Of a stretch of DNA of 64,000 nt, positions 1-9,124 are shown in pieces. The notes below the pieces were generated by a model that made no database searches, was not told the DNA's origin, and saw only the letters and a program-made list of their open reading frames with translations. How positions within the stretch are numbered: position 1 is the stretch's first letter; every line of letters begins with the position of its first letter. The stretch comes from an uncultured Chloroflexia bacterium. GTDB lineage: Bacteria; Chloroflexota; Limnocylindria; Limnocylindrales; CSP1-4. The stretch lies in the NCBI GenBank assembly GCA_963712745.1, contig CAVQJC010000020.1:192001-256000 (forward strand), given 5' to 3'. The position numbers were made by a program, and so were the translations under genes.

Positions 1-115
1 ATAGCTGCTCGAAGGCGCCCGGGTCCCGTTTGGCAGCCTCGACCGCCGGCCGGTCCGAATCGAATGGGACGACGACAGCCGCGGATTCATCACGCCCTCT
101 CCCCTTCCAAAACAC
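1..115 (-). CDS. ECF-type RNA polymerase sigma factor, N-terminal fragment (runs off window start)
   Basis: Not in the ORF track. The minus strand from GTG at 115 reads VFWKGRGRDESAAVVVPFDSDRPAVEAAKRDPGAFEQL, matching the typical ECF region-1.2 pattern D..LV.AA..D..AF..LY. A TAGACT -10 hexamer lies 6 nt upstream. Confidence 0.55.
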   Translation of the reverse strand, partial: MFWKGRGRDESAAVVVPFDSDRPAVEAAKRDPGAFEQL

Positions 116-140
116 CGGGGAAGTCTAGCCGTTACAGGGG

Positions 141-932
141 TCAGGCCGCGGCGTCCACGGCGCAGCGCACGACATCGCCGACCGTGATGGAGCTCAGCGG
201 CTGGCCCGGACCGGTGCGCACGAGCAGCGAGCCGGTCTCACGGTCGACCCCCACGGCCGTACCTACCACGGCCTCGGAACCGGTCTCGACGGTCACGCTC
301 GCGCCGGTGGTGATCTGGGCATCAGCCCAGCGGGGGGCATCGAAGGCCCCGGCCCGCAGCTCTTCGTAGAGCGGCTCCAACCTCTCCAGCCAGGCCTCCA
401 GCAGGGCATCGCGGTCGATGCGCCGGCGACCAGAGGCTTCGGACAGGCTCCACATCGAATCGGCCAGCTCCGGCGGATACTCGCCCTTGGCCCAGTCCAC
501 GTTGACGCCGAGGCCGACCACGATGGACGCGAGCCGGTCGCCCTCGAAGGCCAATTCGGCGAGCAGACCGGCGACCTTCAACAGGCGCCCGCGATGGACC
601 GCGATGATGTCGTTGGGCCACTTGAGGGCGAGCCGGTCGGCCGTGGGGCCCAGCAGCGAGGTGGCCGCGCCGAGCATGGCGATCGACGCGATGGCCGGCA
701 GGCGCCAGGCATGGGCCGCGGACAGGCCGGTCGGCCGAAAGCCGGCCGAGACCAGCAACGAGCCGCCGGGACGGTCCTGCCAGATGCGGTCCAGACGGCC
801 CCGACCATGGCTCTGCACATCGGCCACGGCCACGCAGACCTCCGCCGTGCCCTCCTCGAGCCAACCGCGCACGACGGCCTGGGTCGAGTCGACCCGCTCG
901 AATCGCTCGAGGCGGGAAACGAAACCGGGCAC
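141..932 (-). CDS. birA: Biotin--[acetyl-CoA carboxylase] ligase (class I, no HTH domain)
   Basis: Motifs VDSTQ, Q..GRGRL.R.W, LKWPND, KVAGLL, VVGLGVNV; C-terminal SH3-like domain. Confidence 0.93.
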   Translation of the reverse strand: MPGFVSRLERFERVDSTQAVVRGWLEEGTAEVCVAVADVQSHGRGRLDRIWQDRPGGSLLVSAGFRPTGLSAAHAWRLPAIASIAMLGAATSLLGPTADRLALKWPNDIIAVHRGRLLKVAGLLAELAFEGDRLASIVVGLGVNVDWAKGEYPPELADSMWSLSEASGRRRIDRDALLEAWLERLEPLYEELRAGAFDAPRWADAQITTGASVTVETGSEAVVGTAVGVDRETGSLLVRTGPGQPLSSITVGDVVRCAVDAAA

Positions 933-939
933 CGAGCCG

Positions 940-1458
940 TCAGCCAGCTGAGACCTCCTCCGCCGCCTCCACCGCCTCGGGCTCCTGCAGCCGGAAGGTG
1001 CGGTGGATGGCCTTGGCCGCGGCGTCGATCCGGTCCTCCGCGATGATGCAGGTGATGCGGATCTCGGAGGTCGAGATCATGCTGATGTTGATGCCCTCGT
1101 CGGCCAGGGCACCGAACATCTGAGCCGCGTAGCCGGGGTGATTGTGGATGCCCTCGCCCACGATGCTGACCTTGGCCACGGCGGTATCGGTCTGGACATC
1201 TTCGAAGCCGAGATCCTTGCCCAGCAACTCGAGCAGGCGCGCGGTGCGAGCCACGTTGGCGCGATCGATGGTGAACGACATGTCCGTGCTGCCGTCATGG
1301 CCGACGTTCTGGACGATCATGTCGACGTTGAGCCCCTGATCAGCCATCGGCTCGAAGATGGCCCGGGCGATGCCCGGGCGGTCGGGCACGCCGACGATGG
1401 TGACCTTGGCGACCTTGCGGTCCAGCGCCATGGCCCGGACCTTGTCTCGCAGCTCCAC
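940..1458 (-). CDS. Aspartate kinase beta subunit (in-frame internal start)
   Basis: Internal SD-like AAGAGGT followed by an in-frame GTG at codon 251, just before the ACT domains, as in alpha2beta2 aspartokinases. Confidence 0.6.
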   Translation of the reverse strand: MELRDKVRAMALDRKVAKVTIVGVPDRPGIARAIFEPMADQGLNVDMIVQNVGHDGSTDMSFTIDRANVARTARLLELLGKDLGFEDVQTDTAVAKVSIVGEGIHNHPGYAAQMFGALADEGINISMISTSEIRITCIIAEDRIDAAAKAIHRTFRLQEPEAVEAAEEVSAG

Positions 1459-2208
1459 AGCAGTTACCTCTTGGATGGTTGTGCCCGGGTGGTCGCTGAA
1501 CGTGGAGCGAACTCGGACCTTGACGGCATTGACCCAGCCCAGCTCGACGGCCCGGGTCTGCATGACCTGGGCACCCTGGTGAGCCAGCTCGAGCATCTCT
1601 TCATAGCCGATGGTGGGGATGAGCTGCGCATCGGGCACGACGCGCGGGTCGGCAGTGAAGATACCTTCGACGTCGGTGTAGATCTCGCAGGCGTCGGCAC
1701 CGAGGCGGGCAGCCAGCGCCACGGCCGTGGTGTCCGACCCACCACGCCCCAGCGTGGTCACCTCTGCGAGGTCGTAGGACTCACCGGTGGAGCCCTGGAA
1801 GCCGGCCACGATGACGACCCTTCCACGCCCGATCTCGCGGTGCAGGCGCGCAGGGTCGATATTGGCGATACGGGCGCGGCCGTGACTGCTGTCGGTGCGG
1901 ATGCCGGCCTGGGGCCCGGTCAGCGAGATGGCCTCGACACCCTCTGCATGCAGGGCCATGGCCACGAGCGTGCCACTCATGTGCTCGCCCGTCGCCAATA
2001 GCAGGTCCATCTCGCGCGGGTCGGGCTCGTCGGTGATGGCTGCGGCGAGCTCAGTGAGATGATCGGTGGTGTCGCCCATGGCGCTGACCACCACCACCAG
2101 GTCGGCGCCGTCACGACGATCGCGGGCGATGCGCCCCGCCACATGGCGGATGCGCTCGGCGTCGGCTAGCGACGAGCCGCCGTATTTCTGGACGATGAGT
2201 CGGGTCAT
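940..2208 (-). CDS. lysC: Aspartate kinase (alpha subunit, two ACT domains)
   Basis: Motifs VQKYGGSS, VVVSAMG, TLGRGGSDTTA, IYTDV.GIFTADPR; C-terminal ACT domains with ISTSEI. Confidence 0.96.
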   Translation of the reverse strand: MTRLIVQKYGGSSLADAERIRHVAGRIARDRRDGADLVVVVSAMGDTTDHLTELAAAITDEPDPREMDLLLATGEHMSGTLVAMALHAEGVEAISLTGPQAGIRTDSSHGRARIANIDPARLHREIGRGRVVIVAGFQGSTGESYDLAEVTTLGRGGSDTTAVALAARLGADACEIYTDVEGIFTADPRVVPDAQLIPTIGYEEMLELAHQGAQVMQTRAVELGWVNAVKVRVRSTFSDHPGTTIQEVTAVELRDKVRAMALDRKVAKVTIVGVPDRPGIARAIFEPMADQGLNVDMIVQNVGHDGSTDMSFTIDRANVARTARLLELLGKDLGFEDVQTDTAVAKVSIVGEGIHNHPGYAAQMFGALADEGINISMISTSEIRITCIIAEDRIDAAAKAIHRTFRLQEPEAVEAAEEVSAG

Positions 2209-2217
2209 ACGGGGAGT

Positions 2218-3219
2218 CTACGTGAGGTCGAGCGCCGAGCCCTCGGGCCGGTTGTCACCACCACCGATGACACGCGCACCGTCGGCCCGTGCCGACTGGA
2301 CCGCGGCCCGCCCGCCCAGGCCCAGCTCCTGGGCCCGTCGCTCCATGGCCGCGGCGATGGTAGCCGCGGCAGCGACGTCCTCGCTGAAGGCGATGACCGT
2401 GGGACCGGCACCCGACAGGCAGGCTCCCCGTGCACCGGCCGCCAGTGCGGCCTCGATGAGATGGGGCAGCTCGGGGTAGGCGTTCGTGCGGTAGGGCTCG
2501 TGCAGGCGGTCGACCGTGGCGGCGGCGAGCAGGTCGAATCGACCCTGGCTCAGGGCGGCGACCATCAGCGTGGCCGCTCCCACGTTGTGGACCGCATCGG
2601 CGAAGGGCACCGACTCGGGCAGGGCCGCTCGCATGGCGGCCGTGGAGAGATGCTTGTCGGGAATATAGAGTGCTGCCAGCAGCCCCTCGGGCGGGTCAAG
2701 GCGGATCGCGCGTGGGGCGCCCTCGACCTCGGTCACCACGCACAGGCCTCCATATATGGCCGCGGCGGCATTGTCAGCGTGCCCCTCGGCCAGGGTCGCC
2801 AACTCCAGGATCCGCTCGCGGCCGAGGGCACCGTCGAGCAGGGCATCGGCAGCCGTGAGGGCCGCCACCGTGGCCGAGGCCGACGAGCCCAGACCACGTG
2901 TCACCGGGATGCGGTTGTCCATGCGCACGCGCCAGGCGGCCCCGCCCGGGTCGACACCAGCATCCGCCAGCCCCTCGAGCAGGGCGCTGATGAAGCGGTT
3001 GCGGCGGCCGTTGGGCAGATGGCCGGCACCCTCGCCGCGCACCTCTACCTGGTAGACCGGTTCGCGCTCCGCCGAGAGCACCTCCAGCTCGATGAGGGTA
3101 GCCAGGTCCAGGGCCATGGCCAGCGCATCGAAGCCGGCACCAAGATTGGCGGTCGTGGCCGGGACGTCGATGGTGACCCGGCGCCCGACGAGGTCGGCGC
3201 CCGAGCGCAGTACGCTCAC
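2218..3219 (-). CDS. thrB: Homoserine kinase
   Basis: Motifs VPATTANLGAGFD, IP..RGLGSSA (GHMP family), HADN, LHEPYR, LSGAGPT. Confidence 0.96.
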   Translation of the reverse strand: MSVLRSGADLVGRRVTIDVPATTANLGAGFDALAMALDLATLIELEVLSAEREPVYQVEVRGEGAGHLPNGRRNRFISALLEGLADAGVDPGGAAWRVRMDNRIPVTRGLGSSASATVAALTAADALLDGALGRERILELATLAEGHADNAAAAIYGGLCVVTEVEGAPRAIRLDPPEGLLAALYIPDKHLSTAAMRAALPESVPFADAVHNVGAATLMVAALSQGRFDLLAAATVDRLHEPYRTNAYPELPHLIEAALAAGARGACLSGAGPTVIAFSEDVAAAATIAAAMERRAQELGLGGRAAVQSARADGARVIGGGDNRPEGSALDLT

Positions 3220-4331
3220 CAGCCGAGAGCGCGGCGCACGGCCTCGACGCTCGGCTCAGCCTCCAGCAAGGGGTCGACCAGGAGCCGCCCGGTGTCGGGA
3301 TCCTTGAGGCCGAGACCGGTGAGCACGGCCACGATGGTGGCCCCGGAGTCGATACGCCCGTCGGCCGCAGCCTTCTTCACGCCGGCCACCGAGGCGGCGC
3401 TGGCGGGCTCGCAGAAGATGCCCTCGAGGCGAGCGAGGTCGCGGTAGGCGGCAAGGATCTCGTCATCGCTGACCGCATCGATGAGACCCCCCGATTCGTC
3501 GCGCGCGGCCAGGGCCAGCTTCCCGCTGGCAGGCCGGCCGATGCGGATGGCGGTGGCGACGGTCTGGGGGTCATCGAAGTCGTGGCCCTGCACCAGCGGA
3601 GAGGCACCTTCGGCCTGGAACCCGATCATCCTGGGCGCGGTCTCGACCAGGCCGGCCTCCCGGTACTCTCGGAAGCCCTTCCAGTAGGCCGTGATGTTGC
3701 CGGCGTTGCCGACCGGGATGGCGAGGTAGTCGGGAGCCCCTCCCAGGTCCTCGCAGACCTCGAAGGCAGCTGTCTTCTGGCCCTCGAGCCGGTAGGGGTT
3801 GACCGAGTTGACCAACTCCATGGGGTGATCCGGATCAGCCTGCGCGGTCATCTCACGCACGATACGCAGGGCGTCATCGAAGTTGCCGTCGATGGCCACC
3901 ACGCGGGCGCCGGCCGCCTGGCCCTGCAACATCTTGCCGGCCGCGATCTTGCCCTTGGGCAGGACGATGACGGCCTCGATACCGGCCGCTGCCGCGTAGG
4001 CCGCGGCCGACGAGCTGGTGTTGCCGGTGGAGGCGCAGATGACGGCGCTGGCCCCCTTCTCGATGGCCTTGGCCACGGCCACCACCATGCCCCGGTCCTT
4101 GAACGAGCCGGTGGGGTTCTGGCCTTCGACCTTGAGGTATAGCTGGGGCACGCCGATGGCACGACCAAGGTTGCGCGCGTGCACGAGTGGGGTAAACCCC
4201 TCGCCCAGGCCAAGGGGCGGGGTAGCCTCGGTCAGGGGCAGGAACTCGGCGAAACGTTCCATCAGCCGCGGACGCCGACCGGTGCTCGACTGCTCCGCCT
4301 GGAGCTGATGCAGGACCTGGCTCATGCGCAC
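3216..4331 (-). CDS. thrC: Threonine synthase
   Basis: Motifs NPTGSFKDRG (PLP lysine), CASTGNTS, PVGNAGNI, EPASAA, LTG.GLKDP. Confidence 0.96.
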   Translation of the reverse strand: MRMSQVLHQLQAEQSSTGRRPRLMERFAEFLPLTEATPPLGLGEGFTPLVHARNLGRAIGVPQLYLKVEGQNPTGSFKDRGMVVAVAKAIEKGASAVICASTGNTSSSAAAYAAAAGIEAVIVLPKGKIAAGKMLQGQAAGARVVAIDGNFDDALRIVREMTAQADPDHPMELVNSVNPYRLEGQKTAAFEVCEDLGGAPDYLAIPVGNAGNITAYWKGFREYREAGLVETAPRMIGFQAEGASPLVQGHDFDDPQTVATAIRIGRPASGKLALAARDESGGLIDAVSDDEILAAYRDLARLEGIFCEPASAASVAGVKKAAADGRIDSGATIVAVLTGLGLKDPDTGRLLVDPLLEAEPSVEAVRRALGW

Positions 4332-4335
4332 GTCG

Positions 4336-5634
4336 CTAGGCGTCCGAGAGGATGGGGTACACGGTCACAGCCCGGTCGAAGATGCCCAGCCTGGCACTCA
4401 TGGCAGTCAACGACATGGGCCTGCTCACGAAGCCCTCGTCAGTGGTGGCCAGGGCCAGCTCCTTGACGGTCTCGGGGAAGCCGGCCTCACCCAGTCCCTC
4501 GACGACCACGAGCCAGCCGCGCTCACCAGCCAGGTCGTCGGTCACGTCCATCTGACCGGCCGGCGGAAGCCGGCCCCAGGTGGAACCGGCACCAGCCGCG
4601 AGGGCCAGAACGTCGGAAAGGATGGCGCTCGAGGTGGCGGGGCCGCCGGCGCCCGGGCCGGCCAAGGTGATGCGCCCGACAGGCTCGGCATCGAGCTCGA
4701 CGACGTTGGTCACGCCGCCGGTCGACCCGAGCGCGGAGCCTACCGCCACGGCCATGGGCGTGACACCCGCGCGGATACCGTCGTCGGCGCGCTCGGCCCG
4801 CGCCACCAGCTTGAGCGCCAGGCCCATCCTGGCTGCCACGCCCATGTGGCGGCGCTTGACACCGGTGATGCCTGGCTGAGCGTCGCCGCCCACCGCGGGC
4901 ACACTACGACGGAGCGCCTCTAGGTCGATCCAGCCGTCCCAGGCCAGGCGCGAGAGCAGGGTCAGCTTGTAGGCGGCGTCGAAGGCCTCAACGTCGCTGA
5001 CCGGGTCGGCCTCGGCGTAGCCACGGGCCTGGGCTTCGCGCAGGACGTCGTCGTACTCCCGTCCGTCGGAGGCCATGGTGCTGAGGATGTGGTTGGTGGT
5101 GCCGTTGAGGATGCCCCTGATCGCGTCGACGCGGTCGGCCGCCAGCTCGTCGACCAGTGGACCCAGCACGGGCACGCCGGCCAGGACCGCGGCCTCGAAG
5201 CGCAGGGCCACCCCGGCCTCGCGGGCCGCGTCCTCAAGCTCGCGGCCCCGGCGGGCGACCAGATCCTTGTTGGCCGTGACCACGCTCTTGCCCGCGGCGA
5301 ACGCAGCCAGTACGGCCTCTCCGGCCACGCCGGAGCCACCGATGAGCTCGATGACGATGTCGACATCGTCGTCCAGCAGCTCGGCGTAGTCGGTCACCTG
5401 GCGAACCGCGGGCGGGATGGTCAAGCCGCGGTCGCGTTCAAGGTCAAGGTCGGCGATGCCCACCAGCTGCGGCAGCGCATGGCCGCGGCGGGCCACCGAG
5501 GCACCCCAGGCGGGGTCCGTCAGCCTGGCGGCCACGGCGGTGCCGACCGTGCCCAGGCCGAAGAGGGCGATACGCGGGCCCGTCGAAACAGGTGCGGAGT
5601 CTGCGGTCGTCATGTCGGACGCATCATGATCCAT
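4336..5634 (-). CDS. hom: Homoserine dehydrogenase
   Basis: Motifs GLGTVG (Rossmann), VTANK, FEAAV..G.P, GILNGTTN.IL, GYAEADP..DV, GPGAG. The C-terminal ACT-like region looks degenerate. Confidence 0.94.
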   Translation of the reverse strand: MDHDASDMTTADSAPVSTGPRIALFGLGTVGTAVAARLTDPAWGASVARRGHALPQLVGIADLDLERDRGLTIPPAVRQVTDYAELLDDDVDIVIELIGGSGVAGEAVLAAFAAGKSVVTANKDLVARRGRELEDAAREAGVALRFEAAVLAGVPVLGPLVDELAADRVDAIRGILNGTTNHILSTMASDGREYDDVLREAQARGYAEADPVSDVEAFDAAYKLTLLSRLAWDGWIDLEALRRSVPAVGGDAQPGITGVKRRHMGVAARMGLALKLVARAERADDGIRAGVTPMAVAVGSALGSTGGVTNVVELDAEPVGRITLAGPGAGGPATSSAILSDVLALAAGAGSTWGRLPPAGQMDVTDDLAGERGWLVVVEGLGEAGFPETVKELALATTDEGFVSRPMSLTAMSARLGIFDRAVTVYPILSDA

Positions 5635-5723
5635 CTACCGATCGTAGCGCAGCGCTCGCCTGCTAGAGTCGAGCGTCGGCGGGATCGCTTTCCGGTCCCA
5701 CCCTTCTTCCAGGCAGCGAGCAC

Positions 5724-6755
5724 ATGACCGACACCACTACCCAGACCACCTCCAGCACCCAGCCCACGCCCGGCAGCGGCCGCGTGTTCTCCGGTGTGCA
5801 ACCCTCGGGCCTGCCGCACATCGGCAACCATCTGGGCGCCTTCTCCAACTACATCGCCATGCAGGACGGCTTTGACGCCATCTACTGCATCGTCGACTAC
5901 CACGCCTTGACCTCCACCCATGATGCGCAGCTCATCGCGCGCAACACCCATGAGATGGCCATGGGCCTGCTAGCGCTCGGGCTGGACCCCGAGCGCGCGG
6001 TGCTCTTCCGCCAGTCCGACCGGCTCGAGCACATCGAGCTGATGTGGCTGTTCGCGTCGGTCACGCCGACCGGTTGGGTCGAGCGCACGCCGTCCTTCAA
6101 GGAGAAGCGTCGCAATCAGCCCGACGACGTCAACCTGGCGCTCCTCAACTACCCCGTCCTGCAGGCGGCCGACATCGCCATCTACAAGGCCGACTACGTG
6201 CCGGTGGGCAAGGACCAGGCGGCGCACCTGGAGCTGGCGCGCGAGATCGTGCGTTCGTTCAACGGTCGCTACGGCGAGGTTTTCCCCGAGCCCCAGGCGG
6301 TCTTCAGCGAAGCACCCGTGGTCAAGGGCACCGATGGCGCCAACAAGATGTCGAAATCGCTGGGCAACGTCATCGAGATCTTCGCCGACGAGGACACCAT
6401 CCGCAGGCAGATCATGAGCATGGTCACCGACACGCAGCGCCAGCGCCGCAGCGACCCCGGCCGGCCGGAGGTCTGTAACGTGTGCCAGCTGCACCGCATC
6501 TTCAGCCCGGCCGACTACGAGGACATCTGGGAGGGAGAACGCTCGGCGCGCACCGGCTGCGTCGACACCAAGAAGTTGCTGGTCGAGCGCATGCTGGCCT
6601 ACTTTGGCCCCGCGCGCGAGCGACACGCGGAGCTGCAGGCCAAACCCGGCCTTGTGGACGAGGTCCTGGCGGCCGGGGCCGACGCCCTCGCGCCCATGGC
6701 CGCGGAGACCCTCGCCGAGTGCCACCAGCTCATGGGCCTGGCTCCGCGTCGCTGA
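5724..6755 (+). CDS. trpS: Tryptophan--tRNA ligase
   Basis: Motifs FSGVQPSG..HIGN, YPVLQAADI, VPVGKDQ..HLEL.R, KMSKS. Confidence 0.97.
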   Translation: MTDTTTQTTSSTQPTPGSGRVFSGVQPSGLPHIGNHLGAFSNYIAMQDGFDAIYCIVDYHALTSTHDAQLIARNTHEMAMGLLALGLDPERAVLFRQSDRLEHIELMWLFASVTPTGWVERTPSFKEKRRNQPDDVNLALLNYPVLQAADIAIYKADYVPVGKDQAAHLELAREIVRSFNGRYGEVFPEPQAVFSEAPVVKGTDGANKMSKSLGNVIEIFADEDTIRRQIMSMVTDTQRQRRSDPGRPEVCNVCQLHRIFSPADYEDIWEGERSARTGCVDTKKLLVERMLAYFGPARERHAELQAKPGLVDEVLAAGADALAPMAAETLAECHQLMGLAPRR

Positions 6756-6827
6756 CCTAGATGGCCTTGGTCGGCTGGCTGTGGCGGAGCATCCTCTGAG
6801 GCCGGGGCCGCGGGGTAGACTCGCGCC

Positions 6828-8096
6828 ATGATGTCCCCGCTCGTCGAGCAAGAGGGGCGCTGGATTCGCGCGCTCCTGATCCTCGCCACGCTCACCGTGG
6901 CGCTGGTCTTCGCGGGCCTGGCTGCTGATGTCGTTCGCTACTTCAGCGACATCATCCTCATCGTGGTGATGGCCTGGGTCTTCGCCTTCGTGCTCTCGCC
7001 CGCGGTCGACGGCATCAAGCGCTTCCTGCCCGCCGCGCCGCGTACGCTGGTCGTGGTCGTCGTCTACGGCCTGCTCTTCCTCGTCCTGGCCGCGCTGGGC
7101 CTCATCATCGCCACCCAGCTGGCCGGCTCCATCGTGGCCTTCACCGACGAGTTGCCGACCCTCCAGGAGCGCGTCCCCGAGATCGTGCAGCCGTGGCAGC
7201 AGCGCCTCGAGGCCGTGGGCCTGCAGGTCGATCTCGTGCTCGTGCTCGACGAGGCGCTACAGGAGATCGCGGCCTCCTCCGGCCAGTTCGTGGGTCCGCT
7301 CCAGGACATCGCCTTCGCCAGCCTGGGCATGCTGGGCAACCTCATGTTCATGATCTTCCTGTCGCTGTTCATCGTCATCGACAAGGACCGCCTGCTGGCC
7401 TTCATCAACCAGGTCACGCCGCCACGCTACGCCCCCGAGGTGCGGCTCTTCCAGACCAGCGTGGCCGCCTCCTTCGGTGGCTTCATCCGCGGCCAGGCCA
7501 TCCAGGGGCTGGTCTACGGCAGCATCGCCGCCGCTGGCAGCCTGGTGCTGGACATCGACTACGTGCCGCTGACCACCGCCCTGGTGGCCATCTTCCAGTT
7601 CATCCCCTTCTTCGGGCCCTTCCTCTCGTGGGCGCCCCCGGTGGTCGCCGCCATCCTCACCCAGCCCGACGCACTCATCCCCATCATCGCCATCATGGCG
7701 GTGGGCTGGTTCATCACCATGAACCTGGTGCAGCCGCGGGTGATGGCCAGCTCGGTGGGCATCCACCCGGTCGTCGTCCTCGTGAGCGTACTCATCGGTA
7801 TCCGCCTGCAGGGCATCGTGGGTGCCGTCTTCGCCATCCCCGTGGCCGCCGTCATCAGCGCCTTCTTCTTCCACTACCTCAACCGCTCGAAGGGCGGCCC
7901 GCGCGACGTCGCGAGCAGGGCTGCCCGCCGGCTCGAGGAGCGTGAAGGCCGGCCTGTGCGGATACCGACGCCACCGGCCGTGGGTACGCCCCCCGGCGGG
8001 GCGACGACGACACCGGCTCGCGCCGATGGCGCACCCGAGCCGGGCCGGTCGGGCCGACCCGCCAGGTCCGACGCCAGCCACGAGGAGACCGCATGA
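6828..8096 (+). CDS. AI-2E (UPF0118/PerM) family transporter
   Basis: Multiple TM helices; motifs FIRGQ, IPFFGP, NLVQPRVM..SVGIHP, G..GAVFAIP. Confidence 0.9.
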   Translation: MMSPLVEQEGRWIRALLILATLTVALVFAGLAADVVRYFSDIILIVVMAWVFAFVLSPAVDGIKRFLPAAPRTLVVVVVYGLLFLVLAALGLIIATQLAGSIVAFTDELPTLQERVPEIVQPWQQRLEAVGLQVDLVLVLDEALQEIAASSGQFVGPLQDIAFASLGMLGNLMFMIFLSLFIVIDKDRLLAFINQVTPPRYAPEVRLFQTSVAASFGGFIRGQAIQGLVYGSIAAAGSLVLDIDYVPLTTALVAIFQFIPFFGPFLSWAPPVVAAILTQPDALIPIIAIMAVGWFITMNLVQPRVMASSVGIHPVVVLVSVLIGIRLQGIVGAVFAIPVAAVISAFFFHYLNRSKGGPRDVASRAARRLEEREGRPVRIPTPPAVGTPPGGATTTPARADGAPEPGRSGRPARSDASHEETA

Positions 8097-9061
8097 ACGA
8101 CGACCAGGAGCAGACCCCCGGCGAGCTACACGACCCGCCCTCCAACCGGGCCCGCAGCGGCGCCCCGGTCGACGCCCTCACCGGCAGCTACGCCGAGCTG
8201 GCCTCGGCCGGTCGCTATATCCCCAGTGCCAGGGCTACGCCGCGCCGGGCCAGGCCGCTGGCCGAGTGGGACAGCCGCCCGCGCATCCTGGTGACCAACG
8301 ACGACGGCATCGAATCGCGCGGGTTGCTGGCGCTCAAGCAGGCGCTGGACCCCATCGGCGACGTCTACGTCATGGCCCCGGACACGAACCAGTCGGCGGT
8401 GGGCCACTCGATGACCTTCATGCGCCCCCTGCGGGTGCGCGAACGCACGCTCGACGACGGCTCGCGGGGCTGGTCAGTCGACGGCTCGCCCACCGACGCG
8501 GTCAGCCTCGCCTTCCTGGGCTACTTCGGGGTCAGCTTCGACTTGGTGGCTTCAGGCATCAACTACGGCTCCAACATCGGCGACGACATCACCTACTCGG
8601 GTACCGTCGGCGCGGCCATGGAGGCGGTACTCTCCGGCTGCCCGGCGCTCGCCATGAGCCAGGAGATCGAGGGCGAACCAGACTTCGCGCTCGCCCGACA
8701 GGTCGCCACCAAGGTCGCCCGCAACGTCTTCGAGCACGGGCTGGGCGAGGGCGAGCTGCTCAATGTCAACGTGCCCGCCGCCGACCCCTCCGAGTACGCC
8801 GGGGTCGAGCTCACGCGCATGGGCAAGCGCGTCTACCAGGACAAGTTGCTCGAGCGCCTCGATCCACGCGGCACACCCTACTACTGGTTCGGCGGTCCAC
8901 CGCCGACCGGTGTCTCCGAGCCAGGCACCGATTTCCATGCCGTGGCCACCAAGCACGTGGCCATCACGCCCATCCAGCTGGACCTCACCGCCAAGCGACT
9001 GCTGGAGCGCATCCACGCCTGGGACTGGACCCTCGATGAGGAAGGCATGTCCTCCGACTGA
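8093..9061 (+). CDS. surE: 5'/3'-nucleotidase SurE with an N-terminal extension of about 60 aa
   Basis: Motifs ILVTNDDG, APD..QSA.GHS, GSPTD.V, SGINYG.N.G.D..YSGTV.AA.E. GAGGAG RBS and ATGA overlap with the upstream gene. Confidence 0.95.
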   Translation: MNDDQEQTPGELHDPPSNRARSGAPVDALTGSYAELASAGRYIPSARATPRRARPLAEWDSRPRILVTNDDGIESRGLLALKQALDPIGDVYVMAPDTNQSAVGHSMTFMRPLRVRERTLDDGSRGWSVDGSPTDAVSLAFLGYFGVSFDLVASGINYGSNIGDDITYSGTVGAAMEAVLSGCPALAMSQEIEGEPDFALARQVATKVARNVFEHGLGEGELLNVNVPAADPSEYAGVELTRMGKRVYQDKLLERLDPRGTPYYWFGGPPPTGVSEPGTDFHAVATKHVAITPIQLDLTAKRLLERIHAWDWTLDEEGMSSD

Positions 9062-9124
9062 CGCGGCCCTTCGGCGGACGCAGACAGCCGGCGGCGCCGC
9101 GCGCGGCGGTTATCTGGCTAGTCG

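Noticed and set aside
5647-5723. T-box upstream of trpS
   Set aside because: The leader is too short and lacks the T-box GGTGGNACC sequence and stem I.
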